Assembly: GCA_023920165.1 (NCBI GenBank)
Contig: CP089275.1
Span: 4,216,001 to 4,280,000 of the forward strand
Direction of reading: 5' to 3'
Source: Curvularia clavata
Taxonomy: Eukaryota
DNA: 64,000 nucleotides
A program made the translations under genes and the position numbers. Position 1 is the stretch's first letter; each line of letters opens with the position of its first letter. The notes beneath the pieces are model-generated. The model ran no database searches and was not told the origin of the DNA. It worked only from the letters and a program-made list of their open reading frames with translations. Of the stretch, positions 12,057 through 23,704 are shown piece by piece.

Positions 12057-13523
12057 CTACTTCTTCAAAGCCGCTCTCACGCTGGGCACCTCTTCGTCTT
12101 TGCCCATGATATCGGGCAGAGGTCCGATAGGCGTGATCTGGAACTTATTGATCTGTCCATGGCTCTTGGTGTAATGCTTCTTGATGTGCTCGAAGTTGGT
12201 TGTATCTTTGAAAGCGGGGTAGTCCTGTTTTCTGAGTGTCAGTATGAAGCGGTAAGGGCAAACAAAACTGTTTGTGGGTAGAAGAGGAGGGGGAAATGGA
12301 AATAAAAGGCAGAAAAAAATGGGCAATGAAAAAAAAAGGAATGAAGAGGACGAGTAGAGAATAATGAAGAGCCTGAAACTCACCCAGTATAGATGCCTCA
12401 GCCATTGGTGGATGTGCGGGTATCCTGAGCGAATGTCTCGGATATTGCACTTGAAATGCTGGACATAGACTGGATCAAAACGGATTATAGTCGTGAAAAG
12501 ACGGATGTCTGCCTCTGTCACATTGGGTGCGGACAAGAGGTATGGCGTCGAAGATTTGGATAGCGATTCCTCCAGACGATCCAATGACTTAAAGAGCTGG
12601 GTTACAGCTTTTATGTATGCCTCCTCAGTTCTGTCGTCACGATTAGCACAAATTTCGAGGGTGAGAGAAGAACAAAAGAGAGGATGTTAAATGAAGAGAC
12701 AACATACGTTGCGAATCCTGACTTGTAGACACCATTGTTGACGTCATTGTACACCCAGTCATTCAGTTCCTCAATGTCTTTTTGCAGCTCCTTGGGGAAC
12801 AAATCAACCTTCTTGAACTTTTCGTCGATGATATCGTCGAAAGCGGTATACATCATCCTGATGATTTCTGCAGACTCGTTGCTCACAATCTTCTTCGTCT
12901 TCTTATCGTAAAGAGTTGGTACGGTAAAACGCCCTTCGTAGTCTGGGTTCTGCTCAAAGTAGATGTCGCGGAGATGTGTGTAGTCTTGATGCAATGGGTC
13001 TGGTGTCGTGTTGCCTGGAATTTGCTCATCAGGCGTGGCAAACCGCCAGCCTTTTTCGGCCATGTGCCAGTGGACGCTGTTGTACGAAATGATATCTTCA
13101 AGTCCTTTCAGTTTGCGGACAATCAGCGTGCGATGTGCCCATGGGCACGCATAGGAGACATAAAGGTGGTATCTTCCTTTTTCGGGCGGAAATTCGGCAT
13201 CGGGCTTGTTCTCAATCCAGTTTCTGAAGACAGAGGTTTGGCGCTTGAACTCGCCGCTCTTGTCACCGGGCTTGACCTTTGACGGTAGTTAGGAAGGGGC
13301 ATTCTTCTTCAAAGTGCGTGTTGTATGTAGTTAAAGATATGCGTACCCAGTCTAAGATTGAACCTTTATTGTCTTGTTGAGGAGCCTTGTCCATGGCTGC
13401 AAAGTTGTTGGATACAGAGAAAGGTCGTGTGTGTTGCGTCGCAAGAAAGAGACGGCGTGAATGCAGCGTAATGCGGGGCCTACAGATTGACACTTGTGTG
13501 AACCGCAAGACGCGAAAGAACAT
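12057..13523 (-). CDS. ECM4: Glutathionyl-hydroquinone reductase / omega-like (Xi-class) GST; second in-frame ATG near 13394
   Basis: RYHLYVSYACPWAHRTLIVR, YEGRFTVPTLYD, IVSNESAEIIRM, VNNGVYKSGFA, TEADIRLFTTIIRFDPVYVQHFKCN and HIKKHYTKSH. Introns 13277-13346, 12631-12707, ~12225-12383. Confidence 0.9.
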
Positions 13524-14148
13524 GGATCAGGTGCTCAATCCAAAGTTGGCAACCAGCCGAGACTATATAGCTGTCATGGACGGCTGGTGACTATACCTTT
13601 GAGAGAACGTCATAGCTTTGTTTGATTCCGATTTGGTGGGGCACGCGTTCCGAGGGCGGGTTACTCAGCATTGTACGAGCTTTACTAACCCATTCATCAT
13701 TACCAAGAGCTTAGGAGATACTGACTGCGGGGAGACAAGGGTCCAGCCACACACATTTCGTCTGATATTGCGCCAACCTGATCTCACGACTTGCCATAAG
13801 GGGATGAACAACCCACATTTCTTCATGCCATTTGCAAACTACTCCTTGCTTGTACATCCTCGTCTCAAAAAGATTTGGTATCTAGATTCCCCAACTGCTT
13901 CCTCCTCATCACAGAACCCGAAGTCAGCTTGCCTGGACGTCTTGGCCTAAATGCGTGCACATATAGAATCATAGATGGCCACCTTGATTCCACGACACGT
14001 AGGTCAACAATAACAAAGGCCTAACCAATACTCGCTAAAATGCAGCAAAGCTAAAAACAAAACAACTGGAGAGTGTATAATACAAGTAACAGAAATCGCA
14101 AAAATCCCCAGGTAGTGAGGAGATAGAGAACAAAAGTCTTACCAAGCT

Positions 14149-17100
14149 TCACTCAACCTCCGTCAGCCATCTGCGAATGCCCTCTTTCAATGAAGAATCA
14201 TTCTCAGTCTTCGGGCCAGCATTCTTGGACGTTGCGGTCTTCTTGTCGTCACTGTCCTTGGACGCATGCCTACCACCGCGTTCAGCAGTGACCTCCTTGA
14301 CCACCACTTCCAGCGCTTCAAAGAGGACGCTCTTGCAATCTATGTGTGGTACTTCGACGTGGGGGATGGCCTCGGAATCCGCCCTTGTATCACGGCGCCC
14401 CCTTCTACTGCTCGATCGGGAAGATTGGGCTGAATTGACGCGTGTTACTTCTCCAGACTGCGCAAGAACCCGGTCCACACCATCAATGAGGGTGGCATCA
14501 AAGTCCATGATTGTCTCTGTGACAAACTTCTCGGCTAGGTGAACCTCAGTCATCAGAGGGGCAACAGTACCAGATGTGTAAGGATTCCCATATTGAGAGC
14601 GACCCGGAAGCGCGCCCGGTGTCATGGCTGACTGTTGGTATGTAGGGGTAGGGATGAGCTTGACCAAACGTCGCAAGCTTATGCGTCTGATGGAAAAGTT
14701 GCTTGTGTCGGCTATAAGCGCAGAACATATGTCAACCCAGCGTTCAAGCGGACCAGACTCTAGGCTAGGAGTGGTGGTAGCACTTAGCGGCGTGGGCTCT
14801 GCGCTCATGGCCCGTTTGATGTCACGTTCAAGTTCGCGATAAGGCTTGATGGCCTGTACGGCAAAGTCCGGGTGGAATTGGCTTAGCCATCCAGCCACGT
14901 TGACCGGCTGTTCTGGATCACCGTGCGGCGCCGAAAGGACAGATGATTCACCAAAGCTAGAACCCGGTTGGCTAGAAGCTGATCCATAGCCCCCTAGTAG
15001 TGGTGACTGAAGTGGCGAATCGAAATCGGGAAGCGGGATGTCGACGTCAATAACACCATCTTTCTCATTGACTGAAAGCTTCAAATGGCCCTCGTATGTC
15101 TTGTGACGCTCGGGAATGGGGCGTGCTGCCGAAGCCGGAACGCCAGGACAGCCAGCGTTTGAGTAGGTATCGGGGGATGCGTTGTCTGCAGAAGAATCTG
15201 GTGGAAGCGGGGAGTCGGCAGTATCACTCTCAAATACGCGGTCCATGGAGAGTTCCTGTACCATCAGCTCAAGCTGTGACCGCGGCCGCTCTTGCCCCCG
15301 AAATCCCACGCCATCATCCGTTGTTTGGAAAAATTCGCTCTGATCAGTAGAAGACGACCGTCGGCCACTCCAGAAATTCATGAAGCCACTCCAGCGACTC
15401 GTGTTGCTCGAATCGTTACTTGCAAGGCTGGTTTGTCCAGTGCCACTCCTTTGCAGGGTATTGATCAGATTCGAAGATGCTAGACTGTCACTGCTTTCAG
15501 GCCTTGCTTCTGAGGCAGGGCCAAACGATTTTGTCCTGGGAAATGTAAAGTGAGCGACAGGAATCGTCTCTTGAGGTGTTGCTGTCGAAGTGGTCACAGT
15601 ACTGCTTGATGTGACGGGACCTTCAGACAAAGAAGGAATCACAAGGCTGGTGCGGATCGAATGTGCAGACGAACGCCGCGAGTGTCCCACTGGCCGGACA
15701 AGCTCAGGCGTCTCCACTACAGCGGATTCAGAGCGCTCATGCGTGGGTTGCGCTGGCGATTGATGCACACTCTGGGGTCTTGGAGGTTGCAACAAGATAT
15801 TTGACATGCTTTGCTTGTTACGCGGCCCTCGGCGGTTGATTTGACGGCGCAGTGACTGCTGCCTGGAGGGAGGCATATTTGATGGAGGAGATTGAGAGTA
15901 GGCACGGAGCGACGCTGAGGTGCTAGGCCGTATGTAGCTACTGTCAGCCATAGCAGATGCATTAGGTGGAAGGAAGGCAGCAAGGAGGAATATCAGTCTT
16001 CGTGCAGCCATCTTGTCTGGAGACACGATAACGGTGCGGTTGGGGATGGTCAGGTTCTCACCAGCCGTTGCCTTTTGCTGTTCGCGATGGCGCTTGCGAT
16101 GCCATTTGGGGCCCAAGATATTGAGCCATTCGGTGTGATTCCCCAAGAATGCTGTCAACAAGTTGAAAAAGAAGAAGTTCTGCTCTCGGCGACCTGCCCA
16201 GCGACCAAGCCATCTGGCTTCCTCACGCCAAACGCCCCATTTGCCTTGGCCAGTCATGACTCTAGGGATTCTCATACCGCTCACAACACGATTTCCAGTG
16301 AGTTCTGCTGCTACTTGAATCTCCTTGTCCATCATCAAGGCATTGGGTTGCAGCCTCAACGCTCTTCGGGAGTATTGAAGGGACGACTCACGAAAGCTAG
16401 TTCGTGAGGACTGGCTCCGTTGATGTTGAGCACCCGAGGGCATAGTAGGCTCGGGAGATTTGGGTGACTTGAATTGAACCAAGATGCGCTCCTGTACCAC
16501 ATGTTGAAGGCTGGTGAGCGCACGCATAATGACATCCCAATGTTGGCCCACAACATCGACTCGATCATCAACGTCGCTGCTCAGTGAGGACGAGAGGAGC
16601 GAATCAACGCCGAGATTAGAGTCAACAAAAGCCCAGCCCGCACGTCGATCTGAGTCGAGCGAGGAAGCAAGCGAGTCTTGACCAGGGGCAGACGTGGACA
16701 GATGGGTTGGATTCTTTAGATTGACACCTCGTGAGGAAGGTCTTAAGCTGGGCAGTGTTTGGGATATTGGCAAGTGAAGAATGATGGTGATAGCATACAT
16801 TGGACTCTTGCGTGTATGCGAAGGATAGACAGGCTTGGTGGTCGCTGGCTTGCTGCTCGACGCCGGGAAAGGAAAGCCATTGCCCTTGGGGAGTGAGCTC
16901 TGCGGGGTTGGTGTGCGATCGTCATTGTCCTCTTCTGGCATGGTGACGGAGAACATGCGGGTAATGAAGATGGTGCGACGCTTGGGCTCCCTGGCTATGC
17001 CTTCGTTGGACTCGGTGCGGGCCGGGTCAGCGGGTGGATTCGCAGGTGTAAAAGATTTGGCGAGATGGCTTCTGCGACGGAGGCCCTCTGCCCGACCCAA

Positions 17101-17832
17101 GGAAGTGGTGGCGTCTTGTATGCTCGTGCCCAGGGCGGAAGCGTCGGCTGGCCTGGTGTCAAGTGGCACAATGTGGATTTTGTTGGAGTTGCCTCTGTAG
17201 TTCATGGCCAGATTGCCGAACATGCAGTCGAGACAGATGTTGGCCAGGTCCATGGACTCCTTTGCTCTAGCCTGCGCCTTGGCCTGGAGTTGGGCGTGCT
17301 CGTCAATGTTTGGCATGGAGGATATGGAGCTGCCGCGCGTGCGTACGCGCGTGAAGCCGCCGACAGTCGGCGAGCGTGGTGGTGCCGTGGGTTCTGTGGC
17401 AAGTGACGACCTGCGGGTATGGATAGGGCCCAATGGCGGACCTGGGGCGCTGGTTGTGCTGGCGTTTCCTCCGCCAAATGCTCGGGCTCGTGGGTTGGGG
17501 CTTTGGGGCGGGTCGAGGCGCGAAGGGGCAGGCTTTGAGTCGAACAGGATGGCCTTTGGCATGGCTGGGGTCTCGTCCTGGGCGATGATGATGCGGCAGT
17601 CGCGGGGGTATTCGAGGTCAATCTCAGGCAGAGGCCCATCGTGTCCGCTGCCAGGCGTCAGGGGCGCGGCATGTAAGGGATAGGGCTGGCCGTCGGGGTG
17701 GTAGAGCGTGTTGGACTCGGGGTACAGCAGGTGCCGAGTATGGCTTTCTTCGGTGGCCGAGTCGAGGACCGTGGGCGACGAGGCATGAGCAGGGGTCGCG
17801 CCCTTGCGGGTGCTGAAGAGGTGTCCGATCAT
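14149..17832 (-). CDS. Folliculin-interacting protein (FNIP/Lst4-like; longin + DENN)
   Basis: Intronless ORF of about 1230 aa. N-terminal CRIIIAQD...ILFDSK...LDCMFG...NKIHIVP...IFITRMFSV...MYAITIILHLP resembles the FNIP_N region; RTVIVSPDKMAARRLIFLLAAFLP resembles FNIP_M. Likely start is MIGHLF at 17832 (in-frame ATG also at 17850). Confidence 0.78.
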   Translation of the reverse strand: MIGHLFSTRKGATPAHASSPTVLDSATEESHTRHLLYPESNTLYHPDGQPYPLHAAPLTPGSGHDGPLPEIDLEYPRDCRIIIAQDETPAMPKAILFDSKPAPSRLDPPQSPNPRARAFGGGNASTTSAPGPPLGPIHTRRSSLATEPTAPPRSPTVGGFTRVRTRGSSISSMPNIDEHAQLQAKAQARAKESMDLANICLDCMFGNLAMNYRGNSNKIHIVPLDTRPADASALGTSIQDATTSLGRAEGLRRRSHLAKSFTPANPPADPARTESNEGIAREPKRRTIFITRMFSVTMPEEDNDDRTPTPQSSLPKGNGFPFPASSSKPATTKPVYPSHTRKSPMYAITIILHLPISQTLPSLRPSSRGVNLKNPTHLSTSAPGQDSLASSLDSDRRAGWAFVDSNLGVDSLLSSSLSSDVDDRVDVVGQHWDVIMRALTSLQHVVQERILVQFKSPKSPEPTMPSGAQHQRSQSSRTSFRESSLQYSRRALRLQPNALMMDKEIQVAAELTGNRVVSGMRIPRVMTGQGKWGVWREEARWLGRWAGRREQNFFFFNLLTAFLGNHTEWLNILGPKWHRKRHREQQKATAGENLTIPNRTVIVSPDKMAARRLIFLLAAFLPPNASAMADSSYIRPSTSASLRAYSQSPPSNMPPSRQQSLRRQINRRGPRNKQSMSNILLQPPRPQSVHQSPAQPTHERSESAVVETPELVRPVGHSRRSSAHSIRTSLVIPSLSEGPVTSSSTVTTSTATPQETIPVAHFTFPRTKSFGPASEARPESSDSLASSNLINTLQRSGTGQTSLASNDSSNTSRWSGFMNFWSGRRSSSTDQSEFFQTTDDGVGFRGQERPRSQLELMVQELSMDRVFESDTADSPLPPDSSADNASPDTYSNAGCPGVPASAARPIPERHKTYEGHLKLSVNEKDGVIDVDIPLPDFDSPLQSPLLGGYGSASSQPGSSFGESSVLSAPHGDPEQPVNVAGWLSQFHPDFAVQAIKPYRELERDIKRAMSAEPTPLSATTTPSLESGPLERWVDICSALIADTSNFSIRRISLRRLVKLIPTPTYQQSAMTPGALPGRSQYGNPYTSGTVAPLMTEVHLAEKFVTETIMDFDATLIDGVDRVLAQSGEVTRVNSAQSSRSSSRRGRRDTRADSEAIPHVEVPHIDCKSVLFEALEVVVKEVTAERGGRHASKDSDDKKTATSKNAGPKTENDSSLKEGIRRWLTEVE

Positions 17833-18364
17833 GGCTGGCAGTGGGCGCATCCCGCCATGAGTGGTAGAGGATACTCGAGGCCTTAGCAGCGGAGGAGAGA
17901 GGCGTGGTGGACGTGGCGGGCTCGAGCAGTACGGCGGCCTAGTAGCCCCATGGCAGCGCCCTGTGTGTGTGCTGGGGGTGGGTGTGTGTATGTATGCGGG
18001 GAGGGCAGAGCCGGAGCAGAGAAGAGGCGAGTGAAGGTGATGTCAGCGGGGGTCGTTTTTGGAGGATTCGAGCGTGGTGGAGCTGGGTGGAGTGGGATGG
18101 GCGTGTCGTGCAGGTGGGTGAAGAGTCGTGGAGGGGCCTGGGCGGGTTTGCTGGAGCGTGTCGCGTGTGTGGAGGGGAAGGCGCGCGCTGCAGTGGGTTT
18201 GGCTGCTTAGTTATGGAAAGGCGGTGAGAGGCCATGGGCCTGCACGTCAACCTCGCCCTCGTCCCCATTCGGCCAGCCCAGTGGGCCACGCTGCACATCA
18301 TACGTATCGGTACATGTCCAGGCCCTAGGTACACACTACATACACGCCGCCGCCGTCTCTTCCC

Positions 18365-18452
18365 CAGTACCAGTACCAGCACCACCATCACCGTCAATGC
18401 CCGTGTCAGCACCAGCACCAGCACCAGCGCCAGCGCCAGTGCCAGTGCCAGC
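18365..18452. repeat. Degenerate hexanucleotide microsatellite (CAGYRC)n
   Basis: cagtac cagtac cagcac ... cagcac cagcac cagcac cagcgc cagcgc cagtgc cagtgc cagcgc. Confidence 0.8.
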
Positions 18453-19476
18453 GCTTCGTCGTCACCCGTGTCGTCGTCACGCATCGCAACCACACTGATG
18501 CATCCTCGACGCCGCCAGCCATCAACGTACCACTACTGTGGCTGATCTCCCAGGATACCCCAGGCCCTTTGCATGCATGCGCTTCCAAAACGTCTTGGTG
18601 CAACACAACCACTCTGCTCACATGCCCCGACACGAGGCGGGCGGCGTTACCCTCGACCGGCTGCCTCGACTACAACAACATCAACTCCCTCCAGTAGCCA
18701 CGGCAGCAAGAGCATTGACAGCAACAGCAGCACCAGCAACCAGCGGTGTATCAACGCTCGATCCACGGCCACAAGGTGCTTTGTTGCATTTTCCCGGAAC
18801 CGCACGGAGCGCGCTTCTCGCCAGCATCCCGACTATCTCTAAAAAGGGTCTTGCCAATGCACCATGGCCTTTGCAAACGTCAGTCACCCCAAGGAGCGCC
18901 TCACTATCTCCTCCTTCTTCCCCGTCAAATCATTTCTCCCCTCCATCCCCCTCGAATATATGTCGTCCGATACCGGGTCCCTCTGCTGCTGCAGACTCTG
19001 ATGCTCGCATGAGCCTCGCCCCAAAAAACACCGATGATCTCTGCCTTTCCAGACAACAGCCTTGTGTCTTCAAAGCCCACTACTATGTCACTGAATGCTC
19101 TCAATTCGTCGTGTGCAGATGTTTTTTTTTTCACTTGTTCCGCTATTTTACCAGGAAAAAAATACACCGAGAGGAGAAAATGATCTCCTGCGCGTAGTAG
19201 CTCCCCACAACAGCCTGTTTAGCCGCAGCCAAGGACCATCATGCCTATGTCATGCACCCCGGATCTAGATGAATTCTGCCTGAAAATACTGATGGCTCCA
19301 GGATGCAAATCGTGTCAAGGCTGTGGGCAATCGCTCCTTTAGGCAGACTATGCCAAGTGATAAGAGTGCTACCACCGACCAACACCATCTACATCTTTAG
19401 CGCCACCCGGATAGATCCCTAGTGACGGCTTGTCGGGAAAATAGCGCCGAGCACTCCCCCACTCCCAAGAGAAAAC

Positions 19477-21258
19477 TTATTCTGTCCTGTGGACATGTAC
19501 ATCCAAGACACAATGTACAACGCCTGGCGCGTACATCTTGACCCACTCGACATGCTCTACTCTTACCGCTATCTCATCTGCCCTGGCCTTGCCCTGCTTC
19601 GCCAACTTTGCTATTTCGCCTTCAATCTCTTTGCTCCGCGACTCAATATCCTTGATACCAATGTTTTCATGCACGTGGATCCATCCACCACGTTGCTCGT
19701 CTAGCATACCGACTGCGACGCTCCAGGATGGCCTCGAAGTAGGCAGTAGCCCCAGGTTGACATGGCGTATCGGCAGCGTTTCGGTCAATCCTAATCTTGT
19801 GCATAGGGATGCGTAGTTTGACTCGGCTCCCTCGTTGCTTCCCTGGAAGACCCAAAAGTCTGCCTCCTGTACTTCAGTAGCGCCGCTGTGCCTTGCAGAA
19901 GCAACCCCGTCTTTAACCTCTGTACCAGCCCCATTTAGCTGAGAGAGATCATCGCCCTTGATGATCTTGCACGTCCAGCCATTCTTCTCTGCACCTCGGC
20001 GTAGCCCTTCAACAGACCATGGATTGAGTTCCCAGCACACTACTCTCCGAATCCCATCCCTGCGCTCATCTCCACTCTTTTTGTACGAGAAGGCAAAATA
20101 TCCAATGCCCGCGTAGAGGTCCGCAGCCGCCGATGGTACATCAAAGTCAGTGGCAACAGTACCAAGCTTCAGTATTCTAGTCTTCTCGCGGATATTGCCA
20201 CGGCTAAACATTGTATACAATGGCGCCCAAACCTGCCAAATGCTGTTTTGTTTTGCCGTGACCCACAAAGCTCGTTCGAAATCAGTCGTACTAGGAGACG
20301 AAATTGTTCTGGCCGTCGGAGTTGGTCCAAAGTCACCGTATATCGGCACAAGATTAACTGGTCTGCGCAGGATGTTCTCCTGATTTTGCTTCGCTTCTGG
20401 CTCCGTACTGGGGCCGGGACTTGTTTCAAGCGGTATGGGAGAATTAATCGCCACGTGTGTTGCACCTACTGCTGCTGCAGTGCGCTGCCAGACTGGTGCG
20501 AACACCTCTGCTGTCATGGTATGCTTAGAGAGAAGTGCTTTCCAAGGCACAGAAGCAAAAGCATTGTGTGGAAGTAGAAGCATAGGCTTGTATATTGAAT
20601 ACCCTTCCGGGAACGCAGTGACAAGTGCTTCAGGTGAGAGGGCCATATCAGCCAACACCGACTCTTGTAAAGTCAAAAGCGCCTCTTTCAATGCTTTGTG
20701 AACTGGACTCTTGATAGCCGAGGACTTTAGCGTAATGGCGTCGGTGATCTGATATCCCAAACCGATATCAGGGGAAAGAGGTTCCAGATTGAGATCTCGA
20801 AGTATTGCGGATTTCAAGCGGGCGTTTTCTTCAATCAGACCAGTGCTCGTATCGCCCATCTCAGAAGGATATGGAATAGACGTTGGAATACGCATCCGTT
20901 GGGGCTGGGGCATTTTCTCTTGAACTGATTGTGCCGCACTCTCAGAGGCTTGGATGTACCCTTCCTCAGGTAGACCATGTATCAGTTGAGACGATGCATT
21001 TTCATTCTCTGTACCGGATAGTTGCGGCGCAAGGATTTCTGAGACGGTAGCTACATCATCAGGTCCAAATGCAGCTGTTTCTGCCACGGCGACTTCCTTA
21101 ACGTGACTGTCTGACTCAGGCACAATTTTACTGTTCCGGTCGAGCTGGCCAGCGCGTTCAAGAGCAGATTTTACCGTCTTGACGTGGTTTTTGAGGACTA
21201 CGAGCACGACTCTTGCACTGAGCCCTTCAGTTTCCGAGTTCTTGGCTTCGTAATTCAT
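19477..21258 (-). CDS. TRM12: tRNA wybutosine-synthesizing protein 2 (SAM-dependent aminocarboxypropyl transferase)
   Basis: YSIYKPMLLLP, QVWAPLYTMFSRGNIREKTRIL, DLYAGIGYFAFSY, WELNPWSVEGLRRG, RHVNLGLLPTS, GWIHVHEN and VKMYAPGVVHCVLD. Confidence 0.92.
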   Translation of the reverse strand: MNYEAKNSETEGLSARVVLVVLKNHVKTVKSALERAGQLDRNSKIVPESDSHVKEVAVAETAAFGPDDVATVSEILAPQLSGTENENASSQLIHGLPEEGYIQASESAAQSVQEKMPQPQRMRIPTSIPYPSEMGDTSTGLIEENARLKSAILRDLNLEPLSPDIGLGYQITDAITLKSSAIKSPVHKALKEALLTLQESVLADMALSPEALVTAFPEGYSIYKPMLLLPHNAFASVPWKALLSKHTMTAEVFAPVWQRTAAAVGATHVAINSPIPLETSPGPSTEPEAKQNQENILRRPVNLVPIYGDFGPTPTARTISSPSTTDFERALWVTAKQNSIWQVWAPLYTMFSRGNIREKTRILKLGTVATDFDVPSAAADLYAGIGYFAFSYKKSGDERRDGIRRVVCWELNPWSVEGLRRGAEKNGWTCKIIKGDDLSQLNGAGTEVKDGVASARHSGATEVQEADFWVFQGSNEGAESNYASLCTRLGLTETLPIRHVNLGLLPTSRPSWSVAVGMLDEQRGGWIHVHENIGIKDIESRSKEIEGEIAKLAKQGKARADEIAVRVEHVEWVKMYAPGVVHCVLDVHVHRTE

Positions 21259-21664
21259 AGTATGTGAGGTCCACGAGATCTGGTTGTAGCAGTAGGCGTC
21301 AATGTAGCTGTGGAGGAAGGAAACGACGCATCGTGTATTTTGGAGAATATGTGCATGGCGACGTCGCTATCTCAAGAAAACTAGTAAAACGTCGGGCGCA
21401 CAATGCTCAGACGGGACTAGATTCATGCTCTATAGGCTACGATTAAAGAAACCCAGCCCAATTCTTAAACTCCTCGAGTAGCGCTGGAATACCTGCCATG
21501 TTCGTGACTGCAGAGAGGAAAAGGGCTGGTGATGGCTACAGGTATAGGCATTGCCCCATCCAGTACCCCGCCCCCACCATGCCATGTCTCATCAAGCTGA
21601 CATCTACAGCAATCATCTTTCTGCACCCTCACGCATTAACCTCTGCATGACACATACACCAAGC

Positions 21665-22609
21665 ATGTCTCTCTCAAACATTGACCTTGTAAATCAATGC
21701 GACAGGTTCCCTTACTCTGACGTAAACGCGGAAACCTACCTTGCCTCCGTAAACACATATTACCAGCTACGCGTCTCGGGCCACGACTATGCACTCGGTT
21801 ACATGCTGCCTTCGGTCGTCGAGGTGTTCCGCAATGTTCCAGCCTGGGAAATTGACGATGATGCGCGAATCCTCTATCTTGCAGCAGGCTCTAACGCACA
21901 AGAGCGATCGAAAGCGGTAGAGACGACTCTGCTGGCAATGCGCGAAACCGGTCACTTCAAGGTTCTGAACAAGTGGAGAGGAGAGTTGTATGCTGTGTAC
22001 GGCAGAAACAAGGAGTTACTTTTCAACGTGGAAAGAAGCGCCAGTCCGCTGTTTGGTGTAGTCACATATGGCGTACATCTAACCGCCTTTACACGCAAGG
22101 ATGGACAGATCAAGATTTGGACACCCAGAAGGGCGCGGACAAAGCAGACATACGGTGGCATGCTCGACAATGCTGTCGCTGGTGGCATTGCGTCAGGCGA
22201 GAGCCCGTTTGAGAGCTTGGTCAGAGAATGCGGCGAAGAGGCTTCACTGCCGGAAGAGCTGGTGCGTAAGAATGCAAAAGCATGTGGCACAGTCACATAT
22301 TGGTATGTCCGCGACGAAAGAGCAGGAGGCGAGACAAACTTGATGCAGCCCGAGGTTCAATATATCTACGATCTCGAACTTCCCGAGGACACCATACCCA
22401 AGCCCGGCGATGACGAGGTTGAAGAGTTCTACCTGTGGTCCATAGACCAAGTGCAAGAGGCTATGAGAAAGGGAGAGTTTAAGCCCAACTGCTCCTTGGT
22501 CGTGCTCGATTTCTTCGTGCGACATGGTATTCTGACGACGGAGAACGAGAAGGATTACATCGAGATAGTGAGCCGGTTGCACAGGAAACTCGAATTTCCT
22601 ACACTGTGA
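21665..22609 (+). CDS. Nudix hydrolase, thiamine pyrophosphokinase-related (YJR142W/Tnr3 N-terminal-like)
   Basis: WRGELYAVY, ERSASPLFGVVTYGVHL, WTPRRARTKQTYGGMLDNAVAGG, Nudix box GESPFESLVRECGEEASL, and FKPNC. Confidence 0.88.
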   Translation: MSLSNIDLVNQCDRFPYSDVNAETYLASVNTYYQLRVSGHDYALGYMLPSVVEVFRNVPAWEIDDDARILYLAAGSNAQERSKAVETTLLAMRETGHFKVLNKWRGELYAVYGRNKELLFNVERSASPLFGVVTYGVHLTAFTRKDGQIKIWTPRRARTKQTYGGMLDNAVAGGIASGESPFESLVRECGEEASLPEELVRKNAKACGTVTYWYVRDERAGGETNLMQPEVQYIYDLELPEDTIPKPGDDEVEEFYLWSIDQVQEAMRKGEFKPNCSLVVLDFFVRHGILTTENEKDYIEIVSRLHRKLEFPTL

Positions 22610-22806
22610 GAAAAAGAGACATGAGAGTTTTTTTAGCAAGAGCTAGGAGAGCTTCGAAAAGCTCCTCTGTTTCGAGGGGGTATCCAGACAGACGCCTTGC
22701 CAAACTTTTTAGACCAGATGATACCAATACACCGCCGCACATGCGACCAAAACGCCTGCCTATGCTTTCGTCGTTGACTTCTCATATGCGCGACTCTGCG
22801 CCCCTA

Positions 22807-23307
22807 CTATGAGTGCTTCACGAGCATATAAATGTCGTCAATCTTGAGCCCGCTGAGTTTGCGATGGGGTCCCTCCATGTACAACAAAAGGCCGCCGAAG
22901 CTGGCAAAGTATTTTCTGCGTGCAGTCAGTAGCCAGTTCACCAGATCGTCCCAATACTGTTCTCGGAGTGCTCACATGGTGTCTCCGTTGCCTCCCTCCA
23001 TGCGGTAGTTTTTGCCGTAACAGACATAGTCATACATATCCGCCAGCGTCGCCACACCCTGCCTGCCTACGTTCCTCCACATTGTATCGTTCTCGCCCTT
23101 TGCGCTGCCGTCTAGGGCCAGTGTAGTAGCCAGTACCAGGTTGATGCTCTCGCCAACAGTGACAGGGAAGAGCTCGTGGTTAATGTCGAGCGTCATGGTA
23201 ATTTGGCTATCAGTCGAAGTGCCATAGATGCGAGATACGCGGTCGTATTTGTCGTTGTTGACGGACGTGATGCTGAACGTCTCTTCAAAAACCTGGGCGT
23301 CGGCCAT
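22807..23307 (-). CDS. RPB8: RNA polymerases I/II/III common subunit Rpb8
   Basis: FEETFSITSVNNDKYDRVSRI, MTLDINHELFP, TLADMYDYVCYGK and YFASFGGLLLYMEG; intron 22916-22975. Confidence 0.95.
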
Positions 23308-23704
23308 GATGTGAGAAAGCGAGAGAGTTACTTGCGTCGCCTCTTTGTAATTCTGGGTGCGTGGTGCTGTGATGCGACGGCAGGCAAGGGAAACAAAGCT
23401 TGAAGCCGGAGACGGTCTGAGCGGCCGCCCCTCTTGGCACCCATGGTTACCTCCGAGACATTCTCCGCAACGACGACGCGCCCGCCTGTTCAGCTTACAT
23501 ATACATGAACACACTGTCGCCCATGAGCCTCATGCCCCAAACATAACGTACAAGCAGCTTAGCCCTCAGCCTTGCATCCACAAAAATCGCACATGCCGGC
23601 TCTCGTGCCTTCCATTCTCGTGACGACCCTCCTGGGCTGCCTGCCGCACCCCGGCCTCCGTTTGCGCTTCGGCCCCCTCCCTCTCTCACTCTGACACGTC
23701 CCTC

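Noticed and set aside
17939..19197. ORFs of 184 aa (-) and 219 aa (+) and overlapping shorter ones
   Set aside because: They are kept open by the hexamer microsatellite and GC-rich promoter sequence (ALALALVLVLV, STSTSASAS), and show no recognisable domain.
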